A DNA stretch of 64,000 nucleotides from Lysobacterales bacterium (GTDB taxonomy: Bacteria > Pseudomonadota > Gammaproteobacteria > Xanthomonadales > SZUA-36): NCBI GenBank assembly GCA_013042915.1, contig JABDPF010000077.1, positions 2,676 through 66,675 of the forward strand. The letters are read 5' to 3'. Position 1 is the first letter of the stretch. Every line of letters begins with the position of its first letter. Shown in pieces: positions 29,735-38,043 of the stretch. Both the position numbers and the translations under genes were made by a program. The notes under the pieces are model-generated. The model had not been told where the DNA came from. It made no database searches and was given only the letters and a program-made list of their open reading frames with translations.

Positions 29735-30352
29735 ATGGGCCTGTATAGCCGCTACGTCCTGCCCCACGTCGTCCACTTCGCCTGCGGACAGAAGCCCGCG
29801 ATGAAGCAACGACAGAAAATCGTCCCGCAAGCCAGCGGACGGGTGCTCGAGATCGGCATCGGCTCCGGTTTGAATATCCCGTACTACGATCCCGCCGCGG
29901 TAACTCACCTCTGGGGTCTGGAGCCCTCTGCCGAAATGTGGTCGATTGCCGGCCGGAATGCGAAGCAGCACCACCTGGACGCGGAATTTATCGAGGCCAG
30001 CGCCGAGTCGATTCCCCTCGACAACAAGTCGGCGGACTCGGTGGTCATGACCTACACGCTGTGCACGATTCCCGACGCGGCGCTCGCCTTGCGGGAAATC
30101 CGGCGCGTGCTCAAACCAGGCGGCTCCCTCTTGTTCTGCGAACACGGCGTTGCCCCCGACGCGGCCGTCCGGAAATGGCAGAAACGAGCCGGACCCGCCT
30201 GGCGCTACCTGGGGGGCGGTTGTCACCTGGACCGGCCGATACCGAGATTGCTGGAAGCGGCGGGCTTTCGCTCTCCGGACCTGCAGACGATGTATATCCC
30301 GGGTTGGAAACCCGCGTGCTTCAACTACTGGGGATCAGCTGAGAACCGTTGA
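29735..30352 (+). CDS. Class I SAM-dependent methyltransferase
   Basis: SAM motif I VLEIGIGSGLN and LKPGGSLLFCEH. The ATG at 29735 (MGLYSRYVLPH) is preferred over the track start at 29669. Confidence 0.8.
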   Translation: MGLYSRYVLPHVVHFACGQKPAMKQRQKIVPQASGRVLEIGIGSGLNIPYYDPAAVTHLWGLEPSAEMWSIAGRNAKQHHLDAEFIEASAESIPLDNKSADSVVMTYTLCTIPDAALALREIRRVLKPGGSLLFCEHGVAPDAAVRKWQKRAGPAWRYLGGGCHLDRPIPRLLEAAGFRSPDLQTMYIPGWKPACFNYWGSAENR

Positions 30353-30435
30353 CCGCCCATCGGCCGACGGTACCGAAACCACCGTCGCGCCCCTGGAACG
30401 ATTGCAAATAAACGTCGAAACGCGACAATAGCGAT

Positions 30436-31125
30436 ATGAAAACCGTACTGATTACCGGCGCCAACCGGGGGCTCGGACTCGGATTTACGCGCCATTATCT
30501 CAAGCAGGGCGCGCGCGTTTTCGCCTCGGCGCGCGATCTCACCTCGATCGACGCCTTCGAGGAACTGTCGAGCACGCACGGCGAGCGTTTCACGGCGATT
30601 CTGCTCGATGCCGCTCTGGAGTCGTCGATCAAGGAGGCGGCCTCGAAACTCAAGGGAGTCCGGTTCGATCTCGTCCTCAACAATGCCGGGGTCTGCCCCG
30701 ACGAGGCGTTCGGTACGTGGAAAGCGGATACCTTCGCCACTGCCTTTGCCGTCAACGCCACCGGGCCGGCGCTGATCTCGCAGGCGATGGCGCCGCTGTT
30801 GAACCCCGGCGCAACCCTGGTCAATATCTCGTCCGGCCTGGGCTCCTGTGGCGCGAACCTGAGCCCGGAAACCGGCCTGGATGCCTACGGCGCCAGCAAA
30901 ACCGCACTGAACTTGATCACGCGTCGGTTGGCGACGAAACTGGCGACGAAAAAGATAACGGTCGTCGCCATCAGCCCGGGCTGGGTGCAGACGCGCATGG
31001 GCGGTGAACAGGCGGACCTGACGGTCGGGGAATCGATCGCCGCCGTCACGGCCACCATCGAGGACCTGGGCCTGGAACGCAGCGGCAGCTTTCTGACCCG
31101 CAGTGGAGACAGCATTCCCTGGTAG
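30436..31125 (+). CDS. SDR family oxidoreductase
   Basis: TGANRGLG cofactor motif and YGASKTALN catalytic motif. Confidence 0.85.
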   Translation: MKTVLITGANRGLGLGFTRHYLKQGARVFASARDLTSIDAFEELSSTHGERFTAILLDAALESSIKEAASKLKGVRFDLVLNNAGVCPDEAFGTWKADTFATAFAVNATGPALISQAMAPLLNPGATLVNISSGLGSCGANLSPETGLDAYGASKTALNLITRRLATKLATKKITVVAISPGWVQTRMGGEQADLTVGESIAAVTATIEDLGLERSGSFLTRSGDSIPW

Positions 31126-31209
31126 CCCGAACCGGGCCGGCGGTGCGCCAAAAGCCTGCCTTGGGTATGATTCGAACGAACAGTCGCGCCACAGGGGAGA
31201 ACAACTAAA

Positions 31210-32466
31210 TTGTTTGAACTGACCACAGCCTGGCAAATCGGCACGGCCCTCGGTCTGGGGATGCTGATCGGTTTCGAGCGGGGCCGCACGCAGGGCGACG
31301 AGGGTACGTTTGCGGGGGTCCGTACATTTGCCCTGGTGTCCCTGTTCGGAGCCATCGCGGTGTACGCGGGAACGTTGGCCGAACTTCCATGGCTGATCGG
31401 CCTGGTGTTTTTTGGCGTCCTCGCGCTGGTGGTCACCTCCTATAACGTCACCTCTCGACGGGGAGAAATCGGCACTACCACCGAAGTTTCCATCCTGATC
31501 ACCTTTTTCGTCGGCGCGCTCTGCGGTTGGGGCGAGGTGGGCATCGCCGGCGCGCTCGCGGTGCTCGTGATGCTGCTGCTGGCGCTCAAGGGGTGGCTGC
31601 ACAACCTGGCGGCCCGCATCGAGCCCTCGGACGTCGAGGCCACGCTCAAGTTCGCCATCATCACCCTGATCATCCTGCCGCTGGTGCCGGACACCAATTA
31701 CGGGCCCGAGGGTCTGCAAGTCATCAATCCCTACAAAACGTGGTTGATGGTGGTGCTGATCGCGGGCCTGAATTTCGTCGGCTACATCGCGGTGAAGGTC
31801 GTGGGCCGGGAGCACGGCTACGGCCTGACCGGCCTGCTCGGCGGGCTGGTTTCCAGCACGGCCGTGACCCTCAGCTTCTCGCAGCGCAGCCGCGGCGAGC
31901 CCGGCCTGTCGCCGGTACTGGTCCTGGCGATCCTGTTGGCCTGGACGGTCATGTTTTTCCGGGTGGTCGTGGAGGTGGCCGTGGTGAACTTCGCCCTGGC
32001 CAAAACCCTCACGCTGGGCATGGTCATCATGGGCGTGGTCAGTTTGCTGATCAGCTTTTACCTGTGGCGGCGCGAGCGCAGCCACGAGAAAGCGGAGGTC
32101 GAATCGGGCCACAATCCGTTCGAGCTGGGCGACGCCATCAAGTTCGGGCTGCTGTTCGCCGTCGTGCTGTTCGTGGCCAAGGCGGCGCAGGTTTATTTCG
32201 GCGACACCGGCCTGTACGTCGCGGGCGCGTTGGCGGGCCTGACCGATGTGGACGCCATCGCGCTGTCGATGGCCGACCTCGCCAAGCAGGACCCGGCCAG
32301 TTCATCGGCCGCCGCCCGCACCATCGTCATCGCGGTGATCTCCAACACGATGGTCAAGTGCGGCATCGTGATTTGGCTGGGCGCGGCGTCGATGCGGCGC
32401 ACGATGATCCCGATTACCGCCGCGCTGGCCGTTGCGGGTGGCATCGCCGCCTTCCTGGTCGGTTGA
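31210..32466 (+). CDS. MgtC/SapB family membrane protein with DUF4010-like C-terminal half
   Basis: N-terminus GLGMLIGFERG...AGVRTF is typical of MgtC. Polytopic. TTG start with GGGGAGA upstream. Confidence 0.7.
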   Translation: MFELTTAWQIGTALGLGMLIGFERGRTQGDEGTFAGVRTFALVSLFGAIAVYAGTLAELPWLIGLVFFGVLALVVTSYNVTSRRGEIGTTTEVSILITFFVGALCGWGEVGIAGALAVLVMLLLALKGWLHNLAARIEPSDVEATLKFAIITLIILPLVPDTNYGPEGLQVINPYKTWLMVVLIAGLNFVGYIAVKVVGREHGYGLTGLLGGLVSSTAVTLSFSQRSRGEPGLSPVLVLAILLAWTVMFFRVVVEVAVVNFALAKTLTLGMVIMGVVSLLISFYLWRRERSHEKAEVESGHNPFELGDAIKFGLLFAVVLFVAKAAQVYFGDTGLYVAGALAGLTDVDAIALSMADLAKQDPASSSAAARTIVIAVISNTMVKCGIVIWLGAASMRRTMIPITAALAVAGGIAAFLVG

Positions 32467-32497
32467 GCCGCCACAACCAGGACACGCGAACGAAGCA

Positions 32498-34828
32498 ATG
32501 GCTTTTGGCATCCCTTTCGTCAGCAAGCTCATGGCCTCTGCGCCCGTGCGCACGGCCGCCAACCGCCTTAAGGGCGATGAGCGCATGGTGCGCGTGGGCT
32601 GTCCATCCCACAACTGCGGCGGACGCTGCCTGCTGCGCGTCTATGTCAAAGACGGCCTGATCCGCCGCATCGAAACCGACGACCGCCCCGGTGACACCGT
32701 CGCCGACCCGCAGCTGCGGGCCTGCATGCGGGGCCGATCCTACCGCCATCGACAGCACCACGCCGACCGCCTGAAGTACCCGTTGAAACGCACCGGCGAA
32801 CGCGGGTCGGGGGCGTTCGAGCGCATCAGCTGGAACGAGGCCACTGACCTGGTGGCGAGCGAAATCACCCGGGTACGCGAACGCTACGGCAACACCTCGC
32901 TTTACGTGCCCTACGGCACGGGCAGTTATAACCAGGTCGGGGGCAAGTGGTCGGCCGACCGCCTGATGAATCTGTGCGGCGGCGCATTGGGCTACTACAA
33001 CTCCTACTCCTGGGCCTGCATCACACCGGCTACGGCCACCGTCTACGGCACCGACGTGACCGGCAACCAGCGCCAGGACTGGCTCAACAGCCGCTACATC
33101 CTGATGTGGGGCTGGAACCCGTCCGAGATGCGCGACGGCACCAACAGCGAATACATCCTCAAAGAGGCCCGGAGGCGCGGCGCGCGCGTCGTCTGTATCG
33201 ATCCCCGCATGACCCTGAGCGCGGTTGCGCACGCCGACGAGTGGATCGCGATTCGCCCGGGAACCGATGTGGCGATGATGAGCGCGATGGCCTGGGTGAT
33301 GATCACCGAGGGGTTGTACGACAGGGCTTTCGTTGAACGCTGCTGCATCGGTTTCGACGCCGGGCAGATGCCGGCCGGCCAGGAAGATCAGGAAAGCTAC
33401 CGGGATTACATTCTGGGAACCAGAGACGGCCAGCCGAAAACCCCGGAATGGGCCGAACGCATTACCTCGGTACCGCGCCAGACCATCGCCCGGATTGCCC
33501 GAGAATACGCCGCTGCCGAGGCCGCCGTGCTCTACCAGGGCTACGGCATGCAACGACGAGCTTACGGCGAGCAGGTGGTGCGCGCGGGCTGCGTGCTGGC
33601 AGCGATCAGCGGAAACGTCGGCAAACCGGGTGGCTGGGCCAGCGGCATCGCTCTGCAGAAAGGCGGCGGCCCCTTCTGGAATATCTTTCCCACCGGGGAG
33701 AACCCGGTCAAAGCGCAGATTCCCACCTTCCTGTGGACCGAGGCCGTGCTGCGCGGCCCGGAACTCACCGAGAAAGACGGCCTGGTGGGTATCGACCGCC
33801 TGCCCCACGGCATCAAGTTGATGTGGGCGGTGGCGTCCAACGCGGTGGTCAACCAGCACGCCAATGTCAACCGCACGGTTGAAATCGTCAAGGACACTTC
33901 CAAGCTCGAGTTCTTCGTGGCGCAGGACAACTTCATGACGCCCACTGCCCGTTTCGCGGACCTGGTACTGCCTGCATGCACCCAGTTCGAAACCTGGGGC
34001 CTGGAGGACGGCTGGAAGTACGGCGAGGAACTGATCCTGCAGCCGCAGATCCTGGACCCGCCCTGGGAAACGAAAAGCGACTACGCGATCTGCGCCGCGG
34101 TGGCCGACAAACTGGGCGTGGGTGAGGCGTTTACGCAAGGACGCGACGAAAAGCAGTGGATTGGGCACTTGCTCGACGAATACCGTGAACTGCGGTTTCC
34201 GGATCTGCCCACACTGGAGGAATTCGAGGCGCAGAACCTGGGCGTGTACTCGCGGGCGGTGAAGCAACCGAAAATTGCCTTCGCCGACTTTCGGGACGAT
34301 CCGGAAAAACACCCATTGGACACCCCGTCCGGCAAGATCGAGATTTACAGCCAGCAGATGGCCGACCGCCAATTGCCCGAGACCGTTCCGCCCATCCCCA
34401 AGTACATCGAGGAATGGGAGAGCCCGTTCGGTGAATCCGCCGAGCAGTATCCGCTCCAGGTCATCGGGACCCATTTCATGCCGCGCGTCCATTCCACCTT
34501 CGCCAACGTCGACTGGAACCGCGAGGCCTTTCCGCAACGGGTGTTCATCAACCCGATCGATGCCGAGCATAGAGGAATCGAAGACGGTCAGTCCGTCAGG
34601 GTGTTCAACGACCGCGGCACGCTGATCCTGCCCTGCCGCGTTACGCGGCGAATCCTGCCGGGCGTGGTGAACATACCGCAGGGCGCCTGGTGGAAGCCCG
34701 ATGGCGACGGCAACGACGTCGGCGGCTGCGTCAACACGCTGACCTCCGAGCGCTGGACGCCGTTCGCCTTCGGCAACGCGCAGCACACGATCATGGCCGA
34801 GGTCGCCTTGGCCGAGACGGTCCCGTGA
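32498..34828 (+). CDS. dmsA: DMSO reductase-family molybdopterin oxidoreductase, catalytic subunit (DmsA homologue; substrate not inferable), no Tat leader
   Basis: Long collinear matches to E. coli DmsA as I remember it: DRLKYP.KR.G.RG.G.FERISW, TPSGKIEIYSQ and YPLQ..G.H...RVHST. Has an N-terminal Cys cluster CPSHNCGGRC...ACMRGRS. The reading frame is closed upstream of 32432 and has no RR motif. Confidence 0.9.
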   Translation: MAFGIPFVSKLMASAPVRTAANRLKGDERMVRVGCPSHNCGGRCLLRVYVKDGLIRRIETDDRPGDTVADPQLRACMRGRSYRHRQHHADRLKYPLKRTGERGSGAFERISWNEATDLVASEITRVRERYGNTSLYVPYGTGSYNQVGGKWSADRLMNLCGGALGYYNSYSWACITPATATVYGTDVTGNQRQDWLNSRYILMWGWNPSEMRDGTNSEYILKEARRRGARVVCIDPRMTLSAVAHADEWIAIRPGTDVAMMSAMAWVMITEGLYDRAFVERCCIGFDAGQMPAGQEDQESYRDYILGTRDGQPKTPEWAERITSVPRQTIARIAREYAAAEAAVLYQGYGMQRRAYGEQVVRAGCVLAAISGNVGKPGGWASGIALQKGGGPFWNIFPTGENPVKAQIPTFLWTEAVLRGPELTEKDGLVGIDRLPHGIKLMWAVASNAVVNQHANVNRTVEIVKDTSKLEFFVAQDNFMTPTARFADLVLPACTQFETWGLEDGWKYGEELILQPQILDPPWETKSDYAICAAVADKLGVGEAFTQGRDEKQWIGHLLDEYRELRFPDLPTLEEFEAQNLGVYSRAVKQPKIAFADFRDDPEKHPLDTPSGKIEIYSQQMADRQLPETVPPIPKYIEEWESPFGESAEQYPLQVIGTHFMPRVHSTFANVDWNREAFPQRVFINPIDAEHRGIEDGQSVRVFNDRGTLILPCRVTRRILPGVVNIPQGAWWKPDGDGNDVGGCVNTLTSERWTPFAFGNAQHTIMAEVALAETVP

Positions 34829-35439
34829 CCCGGCTCGCCTTTTACTTCGATTCCAGCGCCTGTTCAGGCTGCAAGGCCTGCCAGATGGCCTGCAAGGACA
34901 AGAACGACCTGCCGGTCGGGCAGAATTGGCGGCGGGTGTACGAAGTAACGGGCGGCGAATGGCGAAAAGAGGGCGCGGCCTGGCGCAACGACGTGTTCGC
35001 CTACAACCTGTCGATTTCCTGCAACCATTGTGAAGACCCGATTTGCGCACACCACTGCCCGACGCAGGCGCTGCTGAAACGCGAGGACGGCATCGTTAAG
35101 GTCGACCGAAACCGCTGCATCGGCTGCAAGTACTGCGCCTGGGTTTGCCCTTACGGCGCGCCGCAGTTCGATCCCGTGACTGGCGTAATGGGCAAGTGCG
35201 ACCTGTGCGCGGACTATATCGACCAGGGCAAGAATCCGAGTTGCGTGGATGCCTGCCCGATGCGCGTACTGGATGTCGGCGACTACGACCACCTGGTGCA
35301 GAAGTACGGTGCCCCGGAACACGTCCACCCAATGCCCGACAGCTCCCTCACGCAACCTTCGATTGTCGTCAGGTCCCACCCCAAGGCAGGCGGCTCAAGC
35401 CCCGTCGTGGCCAACATCGAGGAAGTCGACGATGCGTAG
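34825..35439 (+). CDS. dmsB: DmsB-type 4Fe-4S electron-transfer subunit
   Basis: The GTG start overlaps the dmsA stop as GTGA. The product VTRLAFYFDSSACSGCKACQMACKDKN... carries four Cys clusters and is 204 aa, like E. coli DmsB. Confidence 0.9.
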   Translation: MTRLAFYFDSSACSGCKACQMACKDKNDLPVGQNWRRVYEVTGGEWRKEGAAWRNDVFAYNLSISCNHCEDPICAHHCPTQALLKREDGIVKVDRNRCIGCKYCAWVCPYGAPQFDPVTGVMGKCDLCADYIDQGKNPSCVDACPMRVLDVGDYDHLVQKYGAPEHVHPMPDSSLTQPSIVVRSHPKAGGSSPVVANIEEVDDA

Positions 35440-36277
35440 GCGGGATGCCTCGCTGGTGTTCTTCACGACGCTGACGCAGTGGAGCGTCGGCATCACGATA
35501 TGGCTTGCGGTATGGCAATGGACGGACATCGCGCCCTCGGGCACATTCGCCACGGGATGGGATGCCGGCAACCCGGTTCTGCTGGCCCTGGCACTGGTCG
35601 GTTCGGCCACCCTTGTTTCCTTTTTGCACCTGGGCAAGCCCGCGAACGCACGTCATGCCACCAACAACCTGGAAAACTCGTGGCTGAGCCGTGAAATCCT
35701 GGCGCTGGGACTTTACTCGCTGGGCCTGGCAGCATGGCTAACAGCCCGCTGGCTCGAACCCGGCGGGGCGTCGGGAGCTGTCCTGTCATTGGCGGTCCCC
35801 ACGGTTGGACTGTTCCTGCTGTGGACCATGACGCGCGTTTACACGGTGGCCACGATTCCGGCCTGGAACAGCGGTCATACCCCGCTGTCTTTCGCGGCCA
35901 CCTCGCTGTGTCTGGGGCTGCTCACGTTGATTATCCTCGGGATGGTGCAGGGCTCGGGACCTCGAGGGCTTACCCTGGGGTTGCTGTGCACGATTCTTTT
36001 TCTGGAAGCGGTCTCCGCAATCCTGAACCAGTCACGGCTGGCCACGCTGAGCCCCGGAATTGCAGGTTCCATGGTCACCCGAGAAGGCTATCGGCGCGTT
36101 TTCAGGTTCCGCATGGCGTTGTTACTCACGGCCTGCGGACTGGCGCTGTTCCTGGCCGTTCAGCCGGGTGCGGGGTCATCGGCTGCCTGGCTGGTGGTGC
36201 TGGCCATCCTGGTCCTGGGGCAGGAACTGGCCGGACGCGTACTGTTCTACTCGTCGTATTTCCGGCTGGGCTTGTAA
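35432..36277 (+). CDS. dmsC: DmsC-type membrane anchor subunit
   Basis: The ATG overlaps the dmsB stop. The ~281 aa polytopic protein starts MRRRDASLVFFTTLTQWSVG, like the DmsC family. Confidence 0.8.
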   Translation: MRRRDASLVFFTTLTQWSVGITIWLAVWQWTDIAPSGTFATGWDAGNPVLLALALVGSATLVSFLHLGKPANARHATNNLENSWLSREILALGLYSLGLAAWLTARWLEPGGASGAVLSLAVPTVGLFLLWTMTRVYTVATIPAWNSGHTPLSFAATSLCLGLLTLIILGMVQGSGPRGLTLGLLCTILFLEAVSAILNQSRLATLSPGIAGSMVTREGYRRVFRFRMALLLTACGLALFLAVQPGAGSSAAWLVVLAILVLGQELAGRVLFYSSYFRLGL

Positions 36278-36643
36278 CAGCCCTCGCGCGCGATGCTGTC
36301 AGGCGATCATCGCCTGATGGCGTGAATCGGGTGCTATGGCTGGCGGTTTGACCCAACCTGTCCGATCGAATTGATCGAGGCAACGACACGACCCTCGGGC
36401 GGGACCGAGACGTCATTGGGGTCGAGACATTTATCGTGCATTCCTTGAACCGGAATCAGCTTTCCAACGGAAGCTCCTGTTTCTGCTACACCCATGCCGA
36501 TTTCCGTGCCGCCAACAGCAGGGCCTGGCGGCCCCTTTCACCCTGCCCCGACGTCTCATTCCCTGTTGCCTTTGACCCCTTTTTCTTGTAAGATACTCTT
36601 TTTATTTGTCTTTTTTACGCTCGGATATTCAAGGAGAAAGGCC

Positions 36644-37126
36644 ATTACCATTTCCCAAGGAGATTCCATCCACCATCCGCACCACGGCATCGGCCTGGTG
36701 CAGTCCATCCGTAAAAGAAGCTTTTCCGGTCCCGACGGGCCTAGATACGCCAAGTTGTTTTTCGCCCGCGAAGACATGGTCATGCTGGTGTCGGAAGATG
36801 AGTTGAGCGGCATGGTACGAAAACCAATACAAAAGACAGCCGCCGAGCGCGTGCTGGATCACATCAAGAACTGGAGCGGCTCGGTCAGCGAGCAGTGGAA
36901 AGTTCGCGCGAACGCCCAGCAAAAGAAACTCGACGACGGCGACCCGTTCGCCCTGGCCGAAGTCTACAAGACCCTCGCCGTGCGCCAGGTACAGGATTCG
37001 CTCAGTTCGGCGGACCGCCGGCAGTTAAGCCAATCGGAAGAATGCCTGGCCGAGGAACTGGCCGTGGCGCTGAAGCAACCAAAGCGGAAGGTCTGCCGCT
37101 TGATGGAGCAGGCCGCGCGGAACTGA
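36644..37126 (+). CDS. CarD/CdnL-family RNA polymerase-binding regulator (start codon uncertain, probably ATT at 36644)
   Basis: GDSIHHPHHGIGLV... matches the N-terminal CarD_CdnL_TRCF domain pattern, and the C-terminal helical domain is present. AAGGAG lies 7 nt upstream of the in-frame ATT. The only upstream ATG (36494) would add 50 residues crossing an AT-rich promoter-like tract. Confidence 0.7.
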   Translation: MTISQGDSIHHPHHGIGLVQSIRKRSFSGPDGPRYAKLFFAREDMVMLVSEDELSGMVRKPIQKTAAERVLDHIKNWSGSVSEQWKVRANAQQKKLDDGDPFALAEVYKTLAVRQVQDSLSSADRRQLSQSEECLAEELAVALKQPKRKVCRLMEQAARN

Positions 37127-37146
37127 CGCCCTCGTCGTATCAGAAT

Positions 37147-37179
37147 GCCAAAAAGCCCGCCTAGTGCGGGCTTTTTGGC
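37147..37179. terminator. Bidirectional rho-independent terminator
   Basis: GCCAAAAAGCCCGC-CTAGT-GCGGGCTTTTTGGC is a perfect stem flanked by A and T runs, 20 nt after the CarD-like stop. Confidence 0.75.
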
Positions 37180-37671
37180 ATTTGGCTGTGGTTACTGCCT
37201 GGCAAGAAGGGGTTCTGCCCACCGGGCAAGAAGCCGTGAGCAAACGACGGCAGGCCGTGGGTTTCGTTCGGCTCCCTGTCTCCCGTTCAACATCTGCGTC
37301 TTCGCATTCGCTGAATTTAGAAAGCAAATTTGCCAACAGCACAACGGCGAATACACAGCTCGAAAGCGCCCGGCTCGGGCGCCGACGCGCCCGGGCCGGG
37401 ACTAACACGGCGCCGACGGCCCGTGGACGGGCCTCCCGCCGCCGCTACTTGAAAGGGTAAAAGCAGCCCGAAGGCCGCCGGCCCGTTCGGCCTGGAGCCC
37501 GCTTGAAATCCTGGTTCGGGTTCTTGTTGGAAAACACGGCGTGCACCTCCTTCAATTCCGGGGATGAAGAGGCGCGAAAGAACTGTCGTTATCATTATCC
37601 AACCTTATGGCTTAATGGAAGCTTAAAATGCACCTCGCGTCGTTCTGCGGCCCGGGGTCGCGCTCCCGGCA

Positions 37672-38043
37672 TCAGAGCGAAATATCCCACTGGATTCGAA
37701 ACTGCCAGTCGCTGGTCGCCCGGGGCGTGCTGCCCTCGTCGATCGTCAGCCAGGAAATATCGGTCGTGAGCTTGTTGCGATGCCCATTGAAAAACCCGTT
37801 GGCGGCCAGGGTCAGCTCGGTATTGTCGTCACCCTGCACCTGGCCGGGGTGGACGTACGCCGCGCGCGCGGCGAACTCCAGTGCTGTGGGCCAGCCGTCA
37901 GACAGGGTGGACGGGAAAAGACCCGCCTGGAAGTAAGCGCCGTGGAGATCGGTTGTTTCGCCGGACTATCGGTCATCGATCAACTTGTAGTGCCCTTCAC
38001 CCTGGTTCGACAGGTCATCCTGCAGTGTGGGCCGGCTCACCAT
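37672..38043 (-). pseudogene. Fragment resembling the C-terminus of an outer-membrane beta-barrel/porin, interrupted by an in-frame TAG
   Basis: Own translation: MVSRPTLQDDLSNQGEGHYKLIDDR*SGETTDLHGAYFQAGLF...ELTLAANGFFNGHRNKLTTDISWLTIDEGSTPRATSDWQFRIQWDISL*. It shows an alternating beta-strand-like pattern with an aromatic-rich C-terminus. The in-frame stop is at 37966-37968. It is far too short for a full barrel. Confidence 0.3.

Noticed and set aside
30325-32112. 595 aa minus-strand ORF
   Set aside because: It is antisense to the SDR and MgtC-family genes, has shadow-ORF composition (long runs of Q/R/G/D/H) and no motifs.
32498-34828. Selenocysteine recoding in the molybdoenzyme
   Set aside because: The reading frame is uninterrupted and has no in-frame TGA.
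32414-35050. 878 aa ORF on the minus strand, the longest in the track
   Set aside because: It lies entirely antisense to the well-supported dmsA/dmsB genes. Its Arg/Gly/Ala/Pro-rich, low-complexity composition is typical of shadow ORFs in high-GC DNA, and it has no recognisable motifs.
36337-36351. Sigma-54 promoter-like TGGCTGGCGGTTTGA. Other TGGC-containing sites at 384-398, 3858-3872 and 56351-56365 were also checked.
   Set aside because: The conserved -12 GC is missing or the spacing is off by one. No site is convincing enough to link to the PspF-like activator.
36380-36487. 35-codon minus-strand ORF (MHDKCLDPNDVSVPPEGRVVASINSIGQVGSNRQP) in the dmsC to carD-like spacer
   Set aside because: AAGGA abuts the ATG with no spacing, and there are no other supporting signals.
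36494-36643. ATG at 36494 as the start of the CarD-like gene (as in the ORF track)
   Set aside because: It would add 50 residues translated from a Pro-rich then T-rich promoter-like tract with no SD. The family domain starts right after the SD-preceded ATT at 36644.
37180-37670. Tested whether the structured GC-rich stretch is RNase P RNA, tmRNA, SRP (4.5S) RNA or 6S RNA
   Set aside because: On neither strand did I find GGAAAGTCCGGGC (RNase P), a tag-peptide ORF with a tRNA-like end (tmRNA), or GGTCCGGAAGGAAGCAGCC (SRP). A covariance-model scan would be needed to exclude other RNAs.
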